From an uncultured Microthrixaceae bacterium (lineage in GTDB: Bacteria; Actinomycetota; Acidimicrobiia; Acidimicrobiales; DATDAH01), in NCBI GenBank assembly GCA_963748285.1, contig CAVVIF010000009.1:52262-116261 (forward strand): a DNA stretch of 64,000 nt, given 5' to 3'. Position 1 is the stretch's first letter. Every line of letters starts with the position of its first letter. The position numbers and the translations under genes were made by a program. Of this stretch, positions 33,625 through 44,161 are shown piece after piece. Below the pieces are notes generated by a model. It did no database searches. It was not told the DNA's origin and saw only the letters and a list, made by a program, of their open reading frames with translations.

Positions 33625-35303
33625 CCGACACCGACCTCGACACCGAGGTCATCGCCCCCGACGACATCGACGAGGGCTACGTCCCCCATGTGCGCGACGA
33701 CGTCGTCGCGGTGGAGGTCGGGACCGACACCGTCCTCTTGGGTCGGTTCGGTCAGGCCGCGGTCCTGAACCCGACCGCCGGGCTCGTCTGGCGGTTCTTC
33801 GACGGCGAGTCCCCGCTCGGCGAGCTGAGCGACGACTTCGCGGCGGCGCTCGACGAGGACATCGACACCGTTCGGGACAGACATCATCCGCTTCGCCCGG
33901 GTCCTCGGGCGCTCCGGCCTGCTCGTCGGGGTCGCCGAGCCGATCGATCCGGCCCGGCTCATCCCGGTCGACTGGACGCCACCGGAACCGATCGCGGTGG
34001 GCGACCCGCTCGGGCCGGTGGCGCTCACCGACCTCGACGGTCACCCGGTCTCACCCGACGAGTGGCGGGGACGACGGGTCCTGCTCGTCAACTGGAGCCC
34101 GGGTTGCGGGTTCTGCGTGATGATCGGAGCCGCGCTGGCCGAGGCCGAGACGGGACTCTCGGCCGCCGGCATCGATCTCGTGCTCCTGACCCGAGGCGAT
34201 GTCGAGGACAACCGTCGGGTCCTCGACGAGGCGGGCCTCGGTGCCACCGCCCTCCTCGCCGACGGCGACGACGACCCCTTTGCCGGGTTCGGCACGCCCG
34301 CCGCCTACCTCCTCGATGCCGACGGACGGGTGGAGGAGCCGATGGCCTACGGCGCCGTCGACGTTCCGCGCCGGGCGGGCGAGCTGGCCGGCCTCGAGCC
34401 GGACGAGCCCGCCGACGCGGGGCCGCCGACGCCGCCGGGTCCGACGACGCGCGGTACCTTCCGGCCCCCAGCGCCGTCTGCGGTCCCGGTGGCGGCGGGT
34501 CCGTGTCGACCGAGTGGGCGGGCACTGCGGCCTACCGCATCGGCGACGTCCACGTCGGGATCCGCTACAACGAGCCGGAGACGGCGGCCGTTCTCGACCG
34601 CCTCCTGGCCGGGGCGCGCGTCCAGGACCGCCGCACGCCGGACAACTACTCGGTCGCCCTCCACCCGACGATGGGGGCCGGCAGCCGCAGGCTGAACCTG
34701 CTCGTCCAAGACGGCAACCAGCTCGTCCGCAGCCGATCAGCCGCTCGGGTCCTCGCCGCCCTCTTGAACCACCTGGACGCCCAGCTCACACCGCCCGACG
34801 AGCACCTGCTCGCCCTCGACGCCAGTGCCGGCGTGGTCGAGGGTCGGGCCCTGCTCCTACCGTCCGGGCTGGTGCACTGGGCCAAGCAGATCCAGACCAA
34901 GCTCGCCCGACGCGGCATCGTCCTCGTCGACGCCCCCTACGTCTCGATCGACCCGGAATCCGGTGAGCTGGTCGTCCCGACGCCGTCGATGCCCCACGAC
35001 CCGAAGGTGCTCGACGAGCTCGACGACGACGCCCGGCTGGCCCCCGAGCTGCCCCACATCGGTCCCGGGCGGTATCCGATCGCGGCCTGGTACCTGAGCC
35101 GGGGGCCGGACGCGATCGGCCCGATGTCACCGGTCGAGGCGGTGGCCTCGGCCTACCGGCTGGTCTCGACCGGTGCCGACGCCGACCCCGGCACCATCGG
35201 CCGCCGACTGGCCCTGCTCTTCGAACGGGTCAACGCCTACGGCGTCGGGCTCCAGCGCCCTGCCGATCTCGACGTGCAGGTCGACCCGGAGCACTGGACC
35301 TGA
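33621..35303 (+). CDS. Three-domain protein: PqqD-like, TlpA/thioredoxin-like (CGFC), and a ~280-aa domain of unknown function; frame changes near 33880 and ~34420
   Basis: GTGA overlap at 33621-33624. The PqqD-like part is AAVLNPTAGLVWRFFDGESPLGELSDDFAAAL...DIIRFARVLGRSGLL. The redoxin part is LTDLDGHPVSPDEWRGRRVLLVNWSPGCGFCVM...GTPAAYLLDADGRV. The C-domain is YRIGDVHVGIRYNEPE...GRALLLPSGLVHWAKQIQTKLARRGIVLVDAPYVSIDPESGELVV. Confidence 0.6.
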   Translation: MTDTDLDTEVIAPDDIDEGYVPHVRDDVVAVEVGTDTVLLGRFGQAAVLNPTAGLVWRFFDGESPLGELSDDFAAALDEDIDTVRDRHHPLRPGPRALRPARRGRRADRSGPAHPGRLDATGTDRGGRPARAGGAHRPRRSPGLTRRVAGTTGPARQLEPGLRVLRDDRSRAGRGRDGTLGRRHRSRAPDPRRCRGQPSGPRRGGPRCHRPPRRRRRRPLCRVRHARRLPPRCRRTGGGADGLRRRRRSAPGGRAGRPRAGRARRRGAADAAGSDDARYLPAPSAVCGPGGGGSVSTEWAGTAAYRIGDVHVGIRYNEPETAAVLDRLLAGARVQDRRTPDNYSVALHPTMGAGSRRLNLLVQDGNQLVRSRSAARVLAALLNHLDAQLTPPDEHLLALDASAGVVEGRALLLPSGLVHWAKQIQTKLARRGIVLVDAPYVSIDPESGELVVPTPSMPHDPKVLDELDDDARLAPELPHIGPGRYPIAAWYLSRGPDAIGPMSPVEAVASAYRLVSTGADADPGTIGRRLALLFERVNAYGVGLQRPADLDVQVDPEHWT

Positions 35304-35328
35304 GCGCGCCGGCGTCCTCCCTGGTGAC

Positions 35329-36745
35329 ATGAACCCGCCACGCAGCCGACGGTCCGACACCACACCCGGCGTCGGGCCCGTCCTGGGCCTGGCGGCCGTC
35401 GGTGTCCTGCTCCTCGTGGGCGCCTCTCGACTGGACTCGATGACCTCCGAGGACCTCGGCGCCCTGATCGTCGTCGCCGTCCTCACCGCGATCACCGTGC
35501 CCCTGGCGGTCGTGCTCGGGCGTCTCGACGAGGACCGGGGCCTGATGAAGCTCCTGTTGGTCGCCTTCGCGGTCAAGATGATCGGCGCCTACGTCCGCTT
35601 CTCGGTCCTCTACGACGTGTACGGGGGCAGTGGGGACGCCGCCCGCTACTACGAGCGCGGGCATCGAGTTGGCCCAGCAGTTCGAGAAGGGGAACTACGT
35701 GTTCGGCGAGATCACCGGCACGCGCTTCATGGAGATCCTCAGCGGGTTCGCCTACACGGTGCTGCCGGAGAGCGAGTTGGCCGGTTTCGTCTTCTTCGCC
35801 TGGATCGCCTTCCTCGGCCTGATCCTCTTCAGCCGGGCGATCCGCATCGCCCTCCCCGACGCCGACCACCGGCGCTACGACCTGCTGCTCTTCTTCCTGC
35901 CGACGTTGGTGTTCTGGCCGTCGAGCATCGGCAAGGAGGCCTGGATGGTGGCGGTGCTCGGTCTCGCCTCCTATGGCGCCGCCCGCCTGTTCGCCCACCA
36001 CCCGAGCGGCGTGATCCCCCTCGGCTTCGGGCTGTGGGGCGCCAGCACGGTCCGCCCCCACCTGGCGCTCATGGTCCTGGCCGCTCTGGCCCCGGCGTGG
36101 TTGGCCCGACCGTCGGGCCGAAACCGCCTCGGGCTCAGTCCCTACTTCCGGGCCTTCGGCTTCGGCGCCCTGATCCTCGTCCTCCTGGTCGTGGTGTCCC
36201 AGGCCGAGGCCTTCTTCGGCGTGGAGCGCCTGGACAGCGAAGGGGCCCAGGAAGTGGCGACCATCACCGAGGAGCAGACCGCGCAGGGGGGATCGGAGTT
36301 CCAGAACACGCGGGTCGACTCCCCGACCGACATACCGGTCGCCGCGGTCACGATCCTCTTCCGGCCGTTCGTGTGGGAGGTCGACAGCGGGCAGGGTCTG
36401 CTCACCGCGGCCGAAGGTCTGGCGTTGGTCGCGCTGTTCGCCCTCTCCTGGCGACAACTCGTGGACCTTCCCAAGACGATCGTGCGCAACCCCTACGTGC
36501 TGTACTGCTTCCTCTTCGTCCTGGCCTTCATCGTCGCCTACTCGAGCCTTCAACAACTTCGGCCTGCTGGTCCGCCAGCGGGCCCAGATGTTCCCCTTCC
36601 TCCTCGTGTTGCTGACCCCCCTGGTCCGCCGTTCGGAGCCGGAGGAGGACGAAGCCGAGGAAGAGCCGGCCGCCATGGGCTCGTTCGCCTGCGACGCCGT
36701 GGCGGTCGACGCCCCGCCCCCGGCCCGCCTCCGTCCGGCCGGGCT
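35329..36745 (+). CDS. Polytopic membrane protein, Wzy/O-antigen-polymerase-like; frame changes near 35650 and 36540; 3' end uncertain
   Basis: About 10 hydrophobic segments plus one long loop (ERLDSEGAQEVATITEEQTAQGGSEFQNTRVD). It sits between the BY-kinase/PqqD gene and the dehydratase. No diagnostic motif was found. Confidence 0.5.
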
Positions 36746-36766
36746 GAACCCTCGTCCGGTCGGGTC

Positions 36767-38642
36767 TCAGGGGACGGAGGGCTGCGCCGCCGGGGTGTGC
36801 GGACGACGGCAACAGGCCTGTAGACAGGCCACGAGGTCCGGAGTGGTCGTCCTCAGCCCGTCCATGGCTCCGGGGGACAACACCCCGCTCCGAACCCGTC
36901 GGATGGCCTCGTGCCGGGTCGGCTCGGGCACCTCGGCGGCGGCGAAGAGGGTCTCGTGCAACTTCTCGCCCGGGCGCAGGCCGGTCACCTCGACGGCCAC
37001 GGGCGGGTCGACCGACTCGGCCATCCGCCGGGCCACGTCGGCAATGCGGATCGGCTCGCCCATCTCCAGCACCAGCACGTCGCCGTTCTCGCCGATCGCC
37101 CCGGCCTGGATGACGAGCTGAACGGCCTCCTCGACGGTCATGAAGTAGCGGGTCACGTCCTCGTGGGTGACGGTGAGGGGCTCCCGGGCGTCGAGCTGGT
37201 GCTGGAACGTCGTCAGGACCGACCCCCGGCTTCCGAGGACGTTGCCGAAGCGCACGGACACCCAGGCGCCCGCGGCCTCCTGCCCCATGCCGGCGGTCAG
37301 GCCCTCGCTGATGCACTTCGTGTACCCGAGTACGTTCTCCGGATCGGCGGCCTTGTCGGTCGAGATGTTGATGAACCGCTCGACGCCCGCCGCCCGCGCC
37401 GCGGCGAGGACGTTGCCGGTGCCGACCACGTTGGTCTTGACCCCCTCGGCCGGGTGGAGCTCCAACAGCGGCACGTGCTTGAGGGCCGCCGCGTGGAACA
37501 CCACCTGGGGCCGACGATCGGCGAACACCTCGCCGAGGCGACTGCGGTCACGGATGTCGGCCACCACCAGCGACTCGTCGTCGAGCCGGGCCTCATGGTC
37601 CAGCGACAGGGCCACGGCGTGCAGCGCCGACTCGTCCCGGTCCAGCATCACCAGTTCCGCCGGCGCCCACTGAGACAGCTGGCGACAGAGCTCGGACCCG
37701 ATGGAGCCCCCCGCACCGGTCACCAGGATGCGGGCCCCGACCACATAGTCGGCGATCGCCGCAATGTCGAGGTCGTGGGCCGGGCGGTCCAGCAGGTCCT
37801 CGAGGGAGACGGGCCGAACGGCGCCGACGTTCACCGGTTCGTCGCTCACGGCCCACCGGGGCGGGACCACCCGGACCTCCAGGCCAACCGCTTCCGCGGC
37901 TTCGGTCACCGATCGGACGAGCTCGGGCGAGGCACTCGGTATGGCGATGACCAGCACTTCGGCCCCGGTCTCGAGCACCACCTGCGCCATCGAGGAGCCC
38001 GGCCCGAAGACCGGCACCCCGCGGCCGAGACGGTGGTGGACCTTGCGGGGATCGTCGTCCAGGACCCCCACGGGGATCAGCGGGACTCGTGGGATCGCTC
38101 AGCATCGAACGCACCAACTGGCGGCCGGCGTCGCCGGCTCCGTAAACGAGGCTCGGACGGAGCCGATCGTGGCGGGGCCGACGGAGGCTCTCCAGGACCA
38201 GGCGCCATCCGTAGCGCATCGCGGCCATGGCCGTGAGAGCCATCGGACCGGCCATCACGGCCGCCCCGACGGGGACGGGACGGGAGGCGATGGCCGTGGC
38301 CGACACCACCACGATCACCCAGGTCACCGCCACCGACACCAGGAGCCCGGCCACCTCCTCGAAGCTGCCGAAGCGCCAGCGGCCCTGATACAGGCCCTGG
38401 TGCCACCCGAACATCACCTGAACCGCTCCGGCGCCGATGCCCAAGGCACAGACGGGCCCGATCGCCACCATCGACCAGTCGAACTCGTAGCGCAGCCATG
38501 TCGCCAGTACGAGCGCCACGCCCCAGGTCATTGCGTCGAGCACCGCGGTTATCGAGAAAACGGTGCGACACCGCTCTCTGGAGCCAGCGCTGCCGCAGAG
38601 TCGACGGCCGCGAAGCCTCGTTCTGGTCGTTCCGCCGCTCAT
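36767..38642 (-). CDS. Membrane-bound nucleotide-sugar 4,6-dehydratase (PglF/CapD/WbpM family); one frame change near 38075
   Basis: N-terminal TM region, then GARILVTGAGGSIGSELCRQL, FHAAALKHVPLLE, and ISTDKAADPENVLGYTKCISE...RFGNVLGSRGSV. Confidence 0.85.
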
Positions 38643-38887
38643 CGACTCGATTGCTCATATCGCTCATTCCGCCCTGTCCTGTCGGCGGGACACGGCAACC
38701 TTCGCGGTTTCCGGGCGCCCACTCACCGACGACTAAGGATACCGCGCCACCCAGCCCTGTCTAGGGCTTCTTCGTGCGCCGCTGATTGGGGGAATAGCGC
38801 TCGACTCCACACACCCCCTCACTGGCCGTCGCCGGGCGACCAATTGACCCAAATCCGGGCGCGGATCCAAGGTACCGGCCCGAGGGG

Positions 38888-39290
38888 TCAGAGGGCATAG
38901 AGGGCGGCGGCCCGGGCCTCGGTACGGGACAGGACCCAGCCATCCAGCTCGACGATGGCACCGGACTCGTGGTCGGCCACGACCTGGGGGGCGAGGACCC
39001 GCAGCATCAGCCCGGGGCGTTCGGGCACGGTGCCCTCCGAGGGCCGGCAGCTGCGCCAGCAGGAGCGCCTGGTCGGCCTCCTCTGGCACCTCTTCGAGGT
39101 AACGGGCGCCCACCGCGACCAGGGCCTCGCCCATCGTCGAGCGGGGCTCGGGCGGGGGCGCGGCGGTCGTGGCGGGTGGCAGCCGGTGTCCTCGTCGTCC
39201 AGGAGCTGCCAGCCGACCAGGCCGCCCCCGACGACGGCCACACCACCGGCGGCCGAGACCCTTGAGCACCGTGCGTCGATCCGGGCTCAC
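38888..39290 (-). CDS. Small TAT-signal protein, GMC-oxidoreductase-associated subunit; frame changes
   Basis: GTGA overlap with the GMC stop (39287-39290). The N-terminus is SPDRRTVLKG (twin-arginine). The C-terminus is AIVELDGWVLSRTEARAAALYAL, which I recall from small subunits encoded next to GMC/gluconate dehydrogenases. Confidence 0.5.
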
Positions 39291-40878
39291 GACAGGACCT
39301 GGGTCTGCAGGTGGTCGGCCAGGCGAAGCGCAAGGGCCACCAGCGTGTAGGTCGGCGTGGACGCCCCCGCCGTGCCGAACGACGACGAGCCGGCCACGTA
39401 GAGGTTGTCGACCGTGTGGACCCGCAGGTCGGCGTCGACCACGCCGTCGGCGGGATCGGCCGCCATCCGGGTCGTGCACATGTGGTGGAAGCCGAGCCCG
39501 AGCTCGAAGCCGGTGGGGTCGGCGGCGTCGGCGTCGACGGCCAGGCCCCCGACGTAGGGCCGGATCCCGTCGGTGCGCTCGAAGCGGATGGTGCCCGGGG
39601 TCACCTGCAGGCGGCCGATCCCGGTGCGACCCAGCTCGTCACCGATGAGCGCCATGCCCTCGAGGATCGAGGCCCGGTCCTTCTCGGTGAACTGCCAGTC
39701 CAGCTCGACCCGGGGCATCCCCAGGGGGTCCCGCTCCCGGCCGAGGCGGACCCGGGACTCGGGGTTCAGCTCCTGCTCGGCGGTGGCCAGGAAGTAGAGC
39801 GACGAGCGGGGCGGCTGGGTGCCGGTCGCCGTGGCCACCGCGGCCACCTCGCTGATGCCGAGGCCGCTGATGGCCCGGGGCCGCTCCTCGGCGTAGGCCC
39901 CGACGACGAGCTGGCAGGCCGAGCGACAGCAGGCCTCGATCGCGGACCGCCTCGGAGGTCAGGGCCACCTCGCCCTTGATCCGCAGGCTGCCCGCCTCGG
40001 CTCCCAGGTCGGCCTCGAACAGGGCGCTGAGGGCGTCCGGGTCGTTGCCGGTCGACCGCGATCGCCGCCGGCACCGCGAAGTGCTCGCAGAAGTGGCGGC
40101 CGACCAGGTCGGCCTCGTTGCCCACGCCCGCCGGTCGCTGGCTGTTGCTGGCCAGCAGGAGGCGGGGGTTCTCGATGCCGCCCAGGGCCACGACGACCAC
40201 CGACGGGTCCACCACGCTGAGCTCCACGCCGCCCAGCGTCTTGGCCCGGACCTCGACCACCCGGTCCCCCGCGGCGTCCAGCCGCAGGTCGACGGCGTTG
40301 GCCCGGAGGTACACCGTCACGTCCCGGGCGGCGACGAGCTCGTCCCGGTACTCGGGCCCGAAACGCAGGTCCTTGATCTGGTAGACGCCGGTGCGGACCA
40401 GCGGCGTGTCGATGAGCGGCTCGCCGGCCCCCTCCTGGTCGACCCAGTACTCCCAGTCGAAGCGGTAGGGGCCAAGGCCCAGCACGGGATGGGCCGCCTC
40501 GTACCAGGGATCCAGGTCGGCCCGGGTGATCGGCCAGCCCGAGCGCTCCAGCGCGGGCCGGACCTCGAAGTCGACCTCGTCGTACGGCCGGCAGAACCCG
40601 GCCCAGTGGTTGGTCGTGCCGCCCAGCTGCCGGAGGCGGATGCTGTCCAGGGTCGCCGGGTTGTCCGAGAACCCGAGGGTCTCGCCCACCGACTCGCCCC
40701 GGGCCAGGTCCTGGATGTCGGGCTCGAGGGTCTCGGCCCCACTCTCCAGGACGACGACGGTGCAGGCCGGTGCCCTCCAGCTCCCGGGCCAGGGTGATGC
40801 CCGCGGGGCCGGCGCCGAGGATGCAGACGTCGGCGGGCAGGCGGGTGCCGTCGGCCAGGCCCTCGGCGTCGACGATCA
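39287..40878 (-). CDS. GMC-family FAD oxidoreductase; several frame changes
   Basis: DVCILGAGPAGITLARELE (FAD GxGxxG). The middle is in ORF 39766-40689. The C-domain is GFHHMCTTRMAADPADGVVDADLRVHTVDNLYVAGSSSF. Confidence 0.8.
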
Positions 40879-40887
40879 CGCCGGCGG

Positions 40888-41177
40888 TCAGGCCTGCAGC
40901 GCGCGGTCGACCCGGGTGGCCAGCTCGACGTCGAGGTCGGTCAGCCCGCCGGCGTCGTGGGTGACCAGGTCGATGGTCACCCGGTTGTACACGTTGGACC
41001 ACTCGGGGTGGTGGTTGAGCTTCTCGGCCCAGATGGCCACCTGCGGCCATCAGGCCGAACGCGGCGGCGAAGTCGTCCAGCACGATCTCGCGGTGCAGCT
41101 TGCCGTCGACGACGGCCCAGTCCGGGTAGGTCGGCCAGCCGGGCGGCCAGGTCTTCGGCGGTCAGCAGGTCAGCCAT
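40888..41177 (-). CDS. Pterin-4-alpha-carbinolamine dehydratase; frame changes
   Basis: [18 protein letters not shown]..., then (other frames) [25 protein letters not shown] and [27 protein letters not shown]. Confidence 0.7.
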
Positions 41178-41180
41178 GGA

Positions 41181-41975
41181 TCACACCAGGGGGTCGGCGA
41201 ACGGGTCGGCGAAGGGGTCAGGGGTGGCGGGGGCTCCGGCGTCCTCCTCGACGCCGAAACGGGCGTAGCCGTCGGCCTCCAGCTCGGCGGCCAGCTCGTC
41301 GCCCCCCTCGGCCACGATCCGGCCGCCCACCAGGATGTGGACCCGGTCGGGGTGCAGCTCGCTGAACAGGCGGCTGTAGTGGGTGATGGCCAGCACGCCG
41401 AGGCCGTTCTCGTGGGTGGCCTCCTCGATGCGGCGGCTGCAGGTGCGCAGGGCGTCGATGTCGAGGCCGGAGTCCAGCTCGTCGAGGATGGCGATCTTGG
41501 GCAGCAGGACCCCCAGCTGGAGCGTCTCGTTGCGCTTCTGCTCGCCGCCGGAGAGGTCGACGTTGAGCGGCCGGTCCAGGAAGCGCTCGTCGAAGCCGAT
41601 GCGCTCGGCCTCGACGACCATGCGCTCCTGCACGTCGGCCGGGTCGCCGCCCGCGGCGGTGACCGCCGCCTCGAACAGGGCCTCCAGCGAGACCCCGGGC
41701 ACCTCGGTCGGGTACTGCATGGCCAGGAAGAGCCCGGCCTGGGCCCGCTGCCACGGGGCCATGGCCAGGACGTCCTCGCCGTCCATGGTGACCGAGCCGC
41801 CGGTGACCTCGTAGCCGGGCCGGCCCATGACGACGTGGGACAGGGTCGACTTGCCCGAGCCGTTGGGCCCCATCACGGCGTGGACCTCGCCGCCCTTCAC
41901 GGTGAGGTCGACCCCCCGCAGGATGGTCTTGCCGTCGATGCCGGCCTCGAGGCCCTTGATGACCAGCTCGCTCAT
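41181..41975 (-). CDS. sufC: Fe-S cluster assembly ATPase SufC (copy 2, divergent); appears intact
   Basis: ATG at 41975. [70 protein letters not shown]. It has an unusual Pro/Asp-rich tail, APATPDPFADPFADPLV. Confidence 0.85.
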   Translation of the reverse strand: MSELVIKGLEAGIDGKTILRGVDLTVKGGEVHAVMGPNGSGKSTLSHVVMGRPGYEVTGGSVTMDGEDVLAMAPWQRAQAGLFLAMQYPTEVPGVSLEALFEAAVTAAGGDPADVQERMVVEAERIGFDERFLDRPLNVDLSGGEQKRNETLQLGVLLPKIAILDELDSGLDIDALRTCSRRIEEATHENGLGVLAITHYSRLFSELHPDRVHILVGGRIVAEGGDELAAELEADGYARFGVEEDAGAPATPDPFADPFADPLV

Positions 41976-42296
41976 GATCGCCGACCTCCGCGCTCGACGT
42001 CGCACCGAGACGTCGTCGCCCTCGACGGTCACGGCGTACACCGGGACCGGGCGGGTGGCCGGGAGCGACTCGGGCTCGCCGGTGCGCAGGGAGAACGCAC
42101 TGCCGTGCTTCCAGCACTCGATCGTGCACTCGTCCTCGTCGACCGTGCCCTCCGACAGCGAGAAGTCGGCGTGGCTGCAGGTGTCCCCGATGGCGAGGAA
42201 CTCGTCACCGATGCGGACCAGGGCCACGGGGTGACCGTCGACGTCGAAGCAGCGGGCCTCGCCGGAGGCCAGGTCGTCACGCCCACAGAGCCGCAT
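41972..42296 (-). CDS. Rieske [2Fe-2S] ferredoxin of actinobacterial suf operons; indel near the 3' end
   Basis: ATG at 42296 (TGATG junction with sufD). Rieske motifs are CSHADFSLSEG and CWKHGSAF. The ATGA junction at 41972-41975 is out of frame with the body, so an indel lies within about 41976-42010. Confidence 0.8.
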
Positions 42297-43583
42297 CAGA
42301 CCTGCCTCCAAGGTGCCGGCGATCTCGCGCCGGACCCGATCGGCCACCGCCTGGTCGGGGAAGCGGGCGAGCACCTCGTCGAAGAACCCGGCCACGATGA
42401 GCTTCTCGGCCTCGTCGGTGGGCACGCCCCGGCTCTCGAGGTAGAAGCGCTGCTCGGGGTCGACGGGGCCGACGGCGGAGGCATGGGAGCACTTCACGTC
42501 GTTGTTCTCGATCTCCAGGTTGGGCACGGACTCGGCCCAGGCGTGCTCGGACAGCTTGAGGTTCCGGTTGGTCTGGAAGGCCTCCGTGCCCCGGGCGTCG
42601 GGCCGGACCCGGATGAGGCCGGTGTAGACGGATCGGGAGTGGTCGGCCAGCGCCCCCTTGAACAGCAGCTCGCTGGTGGTGTCGGGGGCGGCGTGGTCCT
42701 GGAAGGTCCGGAAGTCGAGCATCTGGTCGCCGTCGCCGAGGTAGGCGGCCAGCAGCGTGCCGGTGGCTCCCCGGCCGACCAGGCGGCAGTCGGTGCGCAG
42801 CCGGGCGTAGGCCCCGCCCAGCGCGGCCCCGGCGGCGAGGAAGTCGGCGGACTGGCCCGACCCGGCTGACCTGGGTGGCGACCTGCCAGGTCGACGGGGT
42901 CGAGGTCCTGCACGGTGATGTGCCGGGCCCGGGCGGCGTCGCCCACGGCGATCTCGGTGACCGCGGCGACCAGCCCGGCGCCGGGCACCGAGGTCTGGAG
43001 CTCGACCACCGTGGCCTGGGCGTCGGCGCCGATCTCCACGACCAGCCGGGGGAAGCTGACACGGCTCCCGGCGTGGCGGCGTGGACCTGGACCACGATCG
43101 GCCGGTCGACGACGGTGCCGGGGCGCCACGCGGATCAGCAGCGGGTCGGGCGAGAACGCGGTGTTGAGCTCGGCGAAGCCGTCCGGGGCGTCGCCCAGGA
43201 CGCCGCCCAGGGCGTCCTCCCCGCCCTTGGCCTCGGCCAGGGGCACGATCTCGACGCCGGTGGGGGCGTCGGCGAGCCGGAGGTGACCGTCGACCAGGAC
43301 CACGGTCGGGGCCACGGTCGGAGGCCGGCGGGAGCGGTCCGTCGGGCGGTGGCCAGGGTGAAGGCGTCGAGATCGATCTCGTCGACCCGGCTGTAGCGCC
43401 AGACCTCCTCGGCCGGGCTGGGCAGGCCGGCGGCGGCGAAGCGCTCGGCGGCGGCCCGGCGACGGGAGCGGAGCCAGTCGGGCCCGGCGGGGGCGGCAGC
43501 GGCGTCGGGGGTCAGGGCGGTCAGGGTCAGCTCCGGCGGAGTGGGGTGCGCTGCGTCGCCTGGCTCGTCGCCGGACGACGCAT
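42296..43583 (-). CDS. sufD: Fe-S cluster assembly protein SufD; several frame changes; start tentative
   Basis: Pieces: PDWLRSRRRAAAERFAAAGLPSPAEEVWRYS, FPRLVVEIGADAQATVVE, and LFKGALADHSRSVYTGLIRVRPDARGTEAFQTNRNLKLSE...EIENNDVKCSHASAVGPVDPEQRFYLESRG. Confidence 0.8.
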
Positions 43584-43749
43584 CGCCTTGCAGGCCGGTT
43601 GGGCCTGCCGATCGGCTACGTCGCTCAGTCTACGGTGGTGCCCGGGTGGCCCAACGGGGGCTGCGGGAGCGAGCACGGTGGGCCGCGACGAACTGGCCGG
43701 GGTCCTCGGCATCACCGTGGACTGACCCGACGCCATCGGCGCCGGGGCG

Positions 43750-44094
43750 TCAGTCCTTGGGCCGGCGCTTCCGTCGACCGCGCCGACCCTTGCGCTTGTC
43801 GGGCTCCATCTCCGCCAGGATGTCCGGGCCGGCGGCGTTGATGATGTCCTCGGCCTCGTCGAGCAGGCGAGCGATGCTGTCGTCCTCCCCCAGGCCATCC
43901 GGTGCCGGAGGCGCCGGCGGTGCGACCTGGGAGCCGACCTGCCACGCGATGTCGGACCGGCGGGTGAAGCTGGGGCAGTCGTCCGGGCACCTCCAGGGCG
44001 CCTCGGGGGCAAGGTCGAGGTCGCACTTGCGCACGGTCTCGCCGTTGCCGTAGGTCCGACTCTCGAAGTGCTTGCAATCGTCCCGCATCGGCAT
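43750..44094 (-). CDS. Small Cys-rich protein with a highly basic tail, encoded between sufB and sufD
   Basis: Intact 114-aa ORF. There are four Cys residues: CKHFESRTYGNGETVRKCDLDLAPEAPWRCPDDC (C-x16-C-x11-C-x3-C). The C-terminus is KRKGRRGRRKRRPKD. Confidence 0.5.
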   Translation of the reverse strand: MPMRDDCKHFESRTYGNGETVRKCDLDLAPEAPWRCPDDCPSFTRRSDIAWQVGSQVAPPAPPAPDGLGEDDSIARLLDEAEDIINAAGPDILAEMEPDKRKGRRGRRKRRPKD

Positions 44095-44161
44095 CCCCCC
44101 ATCGTACGCCCGCCGTCGCGGCGCTCCGTAGTCGGCCCCGGCTCGGCCCCGGGACGGACGG

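Noticed and set aside
36745-36790. Imperfect hairpin CCCTCGTCC...GGACGGAGGG between the convergent Wzy-like and dehydratase genes, as a possible terminator.
   Set aside because: The stem is short and mismatched with no U-tract. The 3' end of the upstream gene is itself uncertain, so the region may be coding.
41181-42722. The 513-aa ORF that fuses the SufD C-terminus, the Rieske protein and SufC into one polyprotein.
   Set aside because: The junctions contain the normal coupled stop/start signals (TGATG at 42294-42298, ATGA at 41972-41975), which are merely out of frame locally. Small indels remove the stops. This is not a real fusion.
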